From: Sedimentisphaerales bacterium | GTDB taxonomy: Bacteria; Planctomycetota; Phycisphaerae; Sedimentisphaerales; SM23-30 | DNA length: 64,000 bases | Assembly: GCA_963663965.2 (NCBI GenBank) | Contig: CAXXFK010000006.1 | Span: forward strand, 160,001-224,000 | Direction of reading: 5' to 3' | Part shown: piece after piece, positions 59,701 through 64,000 of the stretch | How the letters are laid out: every line of letters starts with the position of its first letter | How positions within the stretch are numbered: the stretch's first letter is position 1 | The notes under the pieces: generated by a model | What the model saw: only the letters and a program-made list of their open reading frames with translations | The model's database searches: none | What the model was told of the DNA's origin: nothing | Made by a program: the position numbers and the translations under genes

Positions 59701-60620
59701 CGGTTCCGGGGGTTGGTATTGTCGAAGATGTTTCTTTTTCAAATATTACCGCAAAACATGCGGGATATCCCTGTAATATATCCGGCCTGCATGAACGAAA
59801 AATTGACAGCATTTCATTCAAAAATATTTCACTGCAGTTTGATTACCAGGGCCAGACCGATCCGGTAGCTTATAATAAAGTTCCGTTCAAAGAACAGTCT
59901 TATCCCTACGGCAACCTCTATGGAGACAGTATTCCGGCATCGGCATTTTATTTTCGGAATGTATCCAATCTAAGCCTGCAAGATATCAATATTGAAATAA
60001 CCGGTCGAAACGAACGCGTACCATTTGTGCTGGACAGGATTAAGGATGCAAAGTTGCGTAATTGTAATATTGAAAGCTCAATCGATCTGGAATCTTTTTT
60101 CTATATTAGGAATGCCGCAAATGTAAGCCTTCAGGGGCGTAATCGAAAAAACGGGCTTGCCTATGTGATTTATGAAAAAGACAACTGCTACGATTTAAGG
60201 TTGAAAGAGATGCCGGGCGATGGAATGTTGGGTTACCGTGAAGTGGAATCTTTGCCGGATAAAACATACGAAGATGTTTCGGCTTACTCTCGCGTGAAAT
60301 TCGAGGGGGATACCTACCGAGGAAAATCCTGTATAAAGCTGGATCAGAAAAACACGTTTACCCTTGATGCTAAAAAGGGAAGTCCGTGTCAGATTCTTTT
60401 TTTAGCTGCCTGTGAGCAGGACGAAGCTCAGAGAGTTGAGTTACTTATCAATCAAAAGCGATGCAACATCGAAGTTGATTCGGCGGAATGGAGATGGAGT
60501 TCCATTTATATTCTGGAGCCGCTTGAAACATCAACGGTGACCTTGGAACTGCTTGGCAAACTGCAATCCTGTGTTCGTATTGCCGAAGCGGCTCTGGTTT
60601 GTAAAGCGATAACGGATTAA
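56721..60620 (+). CDS. Fusion: acetylxylan-esterase-like alpha/beta hydrolase (tandem domains) + GH28 family hydrolase
   Basis: ORF track gives 56697; the RBS GGAG favours 56721. Esterase motifs PGVLVPCGH, RAIDYL..RPEVDPERIGCTGNSGGG, DFF and GHNY; GH28 motifs FDITDYGA, ANRDGLDID, QDDAIVLK and GIKMGTES. Confidence 0.85.
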   Translation: MKQRKKITALCQLSVYLMFSITVQSLHAEKEGFTEDDLTGPGNMMSRYLLDQSDAAWQQWQLNFEDVKTPEEIQAYQERMRPLFLKSLGDFPERTPLNAQVVGTLQRPGYRVEKILFESQPRFHVTGSLFIPDSDKWPAPYPGVLVPCGHTENGKAWDEYQSMGALLALNGMVALVYDPVDQGERMQIVNKDGIYPFWGTRGHTMAGIGCILLARNTATYEIWDGMRAIDYLQSRPEVDPERIGCTGNSGGGTQTSMLMALDPRIKAAAPSCWIETKARQLQGPTGDAEQNIYAGLKNGLEHADFIMMCAPSPVLVCAATKDFFDIRATWEAFRYAKRRFTTMGHAEKVDILENDAGHNYNRTQREGVARWMARWLQDRVVTITEPELDLFSEKELQCTPRGQVMLLAGERSMYDINKEMETQYAGLRAKRLKEMTLEEIQSKIRNIAVIRKLEQLPPPKVEKHQTTQSDGGSVCYYTIWPEDGIWLPAVLYCPATVEKDPILLLHENGKKAVEEESLRRMKSGQPVLAVDLRGTGETEQTAQTKFGKLIGLDWEDYYRGYVLGRSYVGMRAEDILICARWLGSQYQTDAVAVDATGHIGVPALHAAALEPHLIKTLHLDQTLASWRIVVSQRPTYNQLINTIHGALRVYDLPDLAALVPDRITIEHPVDAQRNPLQQLQQSYTVVRDSKESTFDITDYGAVAGGEQLCTAAIQKTVDACHQAGGGQVIVPKGTFLCGGLILKSNVNLYLAEGARLLGSANLEDYPIKIPEFKSRTNDLYVNRSILYAEKAKNVSVTGLGIIDGNGRDPAFSRTYPQKNRPFVARFVECENLTIRNVSMLESANWTCHLLGCDQVTVDGLKIRNSVRANRDGLDIDSSRNVSVTNCQIYSQDDAIVLKSTSYEPAKQILIENCEVSSHASGIKMGTESSRGFEDVIIRHCKIRDVPNVSGLGFMIVDGGSIRNIQVSDIVMDRVNVPIFLRLGKRSRPVAAGDPVPGVGIVEDVSFSNITAKHAGYPCNISGLHERKIDSISFKNISLQFDYQGQTDPVAYNKVPFKEQSYPYGNLYGDSIPASAFYFRNVSNLSLQDINIEITGRNERVPFVLDRIKDAKLRNCNIESSIDLESFFYIRNAANVSLQGRNRKNGLAYVIYEKDNCYDLRLKEMPGDGMLGYREVESLPDKTYEDVSAYSRVKFEGDTYRGKSCIKLDQKNTFTLDAKKGSPCQILFLAACEQDEAQRVELLINQKRCNIEVDSAEWRWSSIYILEPLETSTVTLELLGKLQSCVRIAEAALVCKAITD

Positions 60621-60654
60621 TAAAAATTCAAAAGGTAAGGAAAGGCACGTAGAA

Positions 60655-63600
60655 ATGGCAGTCAAACAACTTATATGGATTACAGCGATAACCGCAAGCT
60701 TAAGTTTTCAATCTATTTTTGCGAGGGAGGCTTCAAATCTACAGATACCTGAGGAGATTATGCCGATCCAGGCGCCGTTTAGGATGCCGCAATTGAAACG
60801 GCCACAGTTTCCGGACCGGACGTTTGATATTCGTGATTATGGAGCAGTTCAATGCAAGTGGGATGCGGATAAACAGCAGAAAAGTACCGATGCGATTGGC
60901 AAGGCGATTGAAGCCTGCCACCAGGCCGGCGGCGGTAAAGTCCTGATCCCCGCAGGGGATTGGATAACCGGAGCGATCCATTTAAAAAGCCATGTCAATT
61001 TGTATATTGCCGAAGGGGCGGTGGTTCATTTTAGTAATGACCTGAAGGATTATTTGCCGATGGTTCACATTCGTTCTGAAGGGGTGGAGTGTTATAATTA
61101 CTCTCCTTTGATCTATGCCCCTCACACTGAGAATATCGCCATTACCGGCAAGGGCACGTTCCACGGTCATGGCCGCTGGTGGTGGTCCTGGTTTAAAAAG
61201 AATTACCGCATGGACCGCAGCAAAGCCTCTAAGGTTGCCCTGAAAGATCGCCCGTTTGGCAAAGGGGCCGGTCTGGAGGGGATGCGGCCGTCCTTTATTA
61301 TGCCCTGGAAGTCCAAGAACATCCTAATCGAAGGAATCACGCTGATCGAGTCTCCCATGTGGAACGTTCACCCTGTTTACAGCGAGAATATCATTGTTCG
61401 TGGGATCACGATTCACAGCCTTGATTCCCCGAACGGCGATGGAATTAATCCCGACTCGTGTAAAAATGTCCTGATTGAATACAATCATCTTCAAACGGGT
61501 GATGACGCGGTTACGATCAAGTCCGGCTTAAATGAAGACGGACTTAATATTGGTATCCCCTGTGAAAATATCGTTGTCCGAAATTTTGTCGCGCGTGATG
61601 TGCGAACCGGCAGCGGAGGAATTGTTTTCGGCAGTGAAACCTCCGGTGGGATTCGCAATGTGTATGTCCATAACGCTCTATTTGAGGGCTGTGACCGGGG
61701 CATTCGTTTTAAGACAGCACGCGGTCGCGGCAATGTCGTTGAGAATATTTACATTCGTGATGTCCAAATGAACGACATCAAATATTCGGCCATTAACATT
61801 AACTCCTACTATGAACGCAATGCAATGGGTAAATCCCCGCTGTTCCGGAATATGGTCATTCGTGATATTCAGGTCGACGGCGCCCGTATTGCGATTGAGG
61901 TGACGGGTTTGCCTGAAAAGTGGATAGAAAACATTAATATCAAGGATGCAGTTTTCAAAAATGTTGACGGCGGTGCTGATTTTCATCGGGTTAAAGAATT
62001 GTCGCTTGAAAATGTGACAATTGATTCAAAAGGACGTCCGATTGATCTTGAGGATGTATTTGCAGTGTCGATTAAAAATGTTGAACTAAACGGAGAAAAG
62101 CAAGTCCCTCCCATTCAAATTCGTGGTTCAGAAAGTGGGGCAATTACTATTGAAGGATTAGCTCCTGAACAAGTTGAGTGTTCGAGTGAGATCCGGAAAA
62201 ATGGAATTAAAATTAGCGACGGTCTGGGAAGAGCCCCTTGGTCAAAGCAGGGTGTTGCAGGATTCAGGAAGGACTTAGCCAAGCAAGAGAGGCTTGAAAG
62301 TCAGCTGACTTCGAACATATCTATCGAGGATTCCGCCGATTTACTTGAATTTAGCGATAGTGCCGTCGGCCTTATTGCGGCCAAGTCTGCAAGGGGGACG
62401 TTGAAGGGGCAAACGTGCCAACTGAAAACACAAACCGACAACCAGCGAACCGGGGTGTCACTGGAAGTCAATGGACAGGTTTTACTAACTTCGCCGCCGG
62501 AAGGGCTTTGGTCGGTGGCGACCGGATGGGAAGATGACTGGCCTACTGACTGGGTACATGGATCGCCTGAGATGATCGAACAGCAGGGGCCATGGCTGGT
62601 GATGAACGGTTCGGTTGGGACGGATGAAGGTGACTGGAAAATCCGGGATGCTTATATTGCCGAAGGCCGCCTGATTCGCGGTGTGCGGCGATGGACCTGG
62701 ACGGGCAAAAGGCCTGCTAAAAAAGTGTCGCTGTCAGTGCGTTTTCAGTCGCCGGATTCCGGTGCCGCGATCTTTATGCCGGGGATTTGTTACTACGGCA
62801 ATCCCGCCGATAAGCCGCCGCGAGTGGCAAAATTCAGCGGCAAACCAGGTGAGGAACTGCTGTGTGAGGAACACCGGTTCGGGATGCCGTTTGCCTCACT
62901 GGAGTGGGATTTAAATCAGCAGTGTTACGGCGTGGCCCTTCACACTATGCCGTCGTTGACGCCGTTTGCCAACGTGGCCGATCAGTGGTGGTCTTTGGGG
63001 GGGATCGGTCGTGACAATGCGACGGAGTTGACATTATTAAGCGGTCCCTGTTCGCTGAACGGTCAGCGCAGCTTTGTCAAGGCCAATCAGGACCGATCGC
63101 TGAAGTATCCGGATATGTGGATGGATGTTCCGCCAGGGGCGGTGATTGAAAAGACGTTCTACCTGGAGGCCTATCCGGTTGCCGCCAAAGGCAAGGGCTT
63201 CCAGCATTCAATCCGGTCGTCGGTCGAGCTGTTTCATCCGTACAGTACGGACGGTATGCCGACATTTGATGAAATCATTGAAGGCAAGTACCGGTTTACG
63301 GTGTCCCGCTGGCATGAGGACACCGAGTCGGCGGGGATCCGCAAGTATCCGCATAACAATGACTATGTGATGGGTTGGGCCGGCCAGTCGGATGCGCCGG
63401 GATATGCGCTTCTGGCACTATCTGAACGTTTGGGTGACCCGAAGGCCATGGAGATGGCCCAGCGGCTGATGGATCATCTGACGACTTCCCCGTTTAATGA
63501 AGACGGTTTTATGGTTCGTTACAATCCGGACAAGAATCAGTGGCATAGTCAGGATCCTATTTCACAGGGCCAGGCGATGGAAAGTCTTGGGCGGGCAATT

Positions 63601-64000
63601 CTGATCGGCCAAACCATGGATAAGATTGATACCTCAAAATGGGAAGCATTTTTGAAAAAGGCCTGTGATATTCACGCTGCCCGGATCTTGGATTCAGCGT
63701 GGCGACCGCGGTCAACCAATCAAGGTTTTTTGGTTTCGCCTCTGTGCAAGGCTTATCGACTGTTTGGAAATGAGGTTTATAAACGGGCCGCGACCAAAGC
63801 TACCGAGCATTACGCCGCTCGTCACTTGGATATGACCGAACCGTACTGGGGTGGTACGCTGGACGCCCGCTGCGAGGACAAGGAAGGGGCCTGGGCGGGT
63901 TTTCAGGCATTTTTAGCCATGTACGAGATGACCAAAGAGAAAAAATATCTGGACTGGGCCGAACACGCGATGGATGTGACGCTCAGCTATACCGTGGTGT
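60655..64000 (+). CDS. GH28 polygalacturonase-family domain fused to a large uncharacterised C-terminal region; runs off the window end
   Basis: Not in the ORF track. Starts at ATG 60655 (MAVKQLIWITA...); FDIRDYGA, GAIHLKS, SPNGDGINPDS, GDDAVTIKSG, FGSETSGG, GIRFKT; the same frame continues through PEGLWSVATGW and PYWGGTLDARCEDKEGAW. Confidence 0.85.
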   Translation, partial: MAVKQLIWITAITASLSFQSIFAREASNLQIPEEIMPIQAPFRMPQLKRPQFPDRTFDIRDYGAVQCKWDADKQQKSTDAIGKAIEACHQAGGGKVLIPAGDWITGAIHLKSHVNLYIAEGAVVHFSNDLKDYLPMVHIRSEGVECYNYSPLIYAPHTENIAITGKGTFHGHGRWWWSWFKKNYRMDRSKASKVALKDRPFGKGAGLEGMRPSFIMPWKSKNILIEGITLIESPMWNVHPVYSENIIVRGITIHSLDSPNGDGINPDSCKNVLIEYNHLQTGDDAVTIKSGLNEDGLNIGIPCENIVVRNFVARDVRTGSGGIVFGSETSGGIRNVYVHNALFEGCDRGIRFKTARGRGNVVENIYIRDVQMNDIKYSAININSYYERNAMGKSPLFRNMVIRDIQVDGARIAIEVTGLPEKWIENINIKDAVFKNVDGGADFHRVKELSLENVTIDSKGRPIDLEDVFAVSIKNVELNGEKQVPPIQIRGSESGAITIEGLAPEQVECSSEIRKNGIKISDGLGRAPWSKQGVAGFRKDLAKQERLESQLTSNISIEDSADLLEFSDSAVGLIAAKSARGTLKGQTCQLKTQTDNQRTGVSLEVNGQVLLTSPPEGLWSVATGWEDDWPTDWVHGSPEMIEQQGPWLVMNGSVGTDEGDWKIRDAYIAEGRLIRGVRRWTWTGKRPAKKVSLSVRFQSPDSGAAIFMPGICYYGNPADKPPRVAKFSGKPGEELLCEEHRFGMPFASLEWDLNQQCYGVALHTMPSLTPFANVADQWWSLGGIGRDNATELTLLSGPCSLNGQRSFVKANQDRSLKYPDMWMDVPPGAVIEKTFYLEAYPVAAKGKGFQHSIRSSVELFHPYSTDGMPTFDEIIEGKYRFTVSRWHEDTESAGIRKYPHNNDYVMGWAGQSDAPGYALLALSERLGDPKAMEMAQRLMDHLTTSPFNEDGFMVRYNPDKNQWHSQDPISQGQAMESLGRAILIGQTMDKIDTSKWEAFLKKACDIHAARILDSAWRPRSTNQGFLVSPLCKAYRLFGNEVYKRAATKATEHYAARHLDMTEPYWGGTLDARCEDKEGAWAGFQAFLAMYEMTKEKKYLDWAEHAMDVTLSYTVV

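Noticed and set aside
60739..63370. Short ORFs listed in the last 3.3 kb
   Set aside because: All overlap the long plus-strand GH28 fusion that starts at 60655.
1..64000. rRNA, tRNA, CRISPR array, prophage, integron
   Set aside because: I saw no such signatures by eye. Small structured RNAs cannot be excluded without a covariance-model scan.

Overview
Bacterial accessory region devoted to glycan use, most likely from a planctomycete of class Phycisphaerae. This is inferred from the ECF sigma/FecR pairs, prepilin H-X9-DG genes, single dockerin-like tails and YYWRVD Fn3-like modules. Block 1 (1-16 kb, minus strand): an ECF sigma and a FecR/NPCBM anti-sigma precede two secreted lectin-like paralogues, two HzsA-like di-heme beta-propeller proteins, and a beta-propeller/cytochrome c protein that the ORF track misses. 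Together these three heme genes mirror the hydrazine synthase alpha + beta-gamma architecture, but in a glycan context. Block 2 (16-36 kb): a XylR-family regulon with three 21-bp-phased operator pairs, two copies of an uncharacterised ~800-aa domain, a GH9-like protein, a GH95, and broken prepilin, FAD oxidoreductase and sodium:solute symporter genes. Block 3 (36-41 kb): mobile-element debris, including an IS630 nested in an IS4, a group II intron RT scrap and an IS3/IS21 chimera. Block 4 (41-64 kb): a second ECF/FecR pair followed by modular secreted pectin enzymes (CE12, PL1-like and CE8 with dockerin-like tails, then an esterase-GH28 fusion and a GH28 fused to an unknown domain). I found no rRNA, tRNA or CRISPR. 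All family calls come from motifs recognised by eye, with no database searches.
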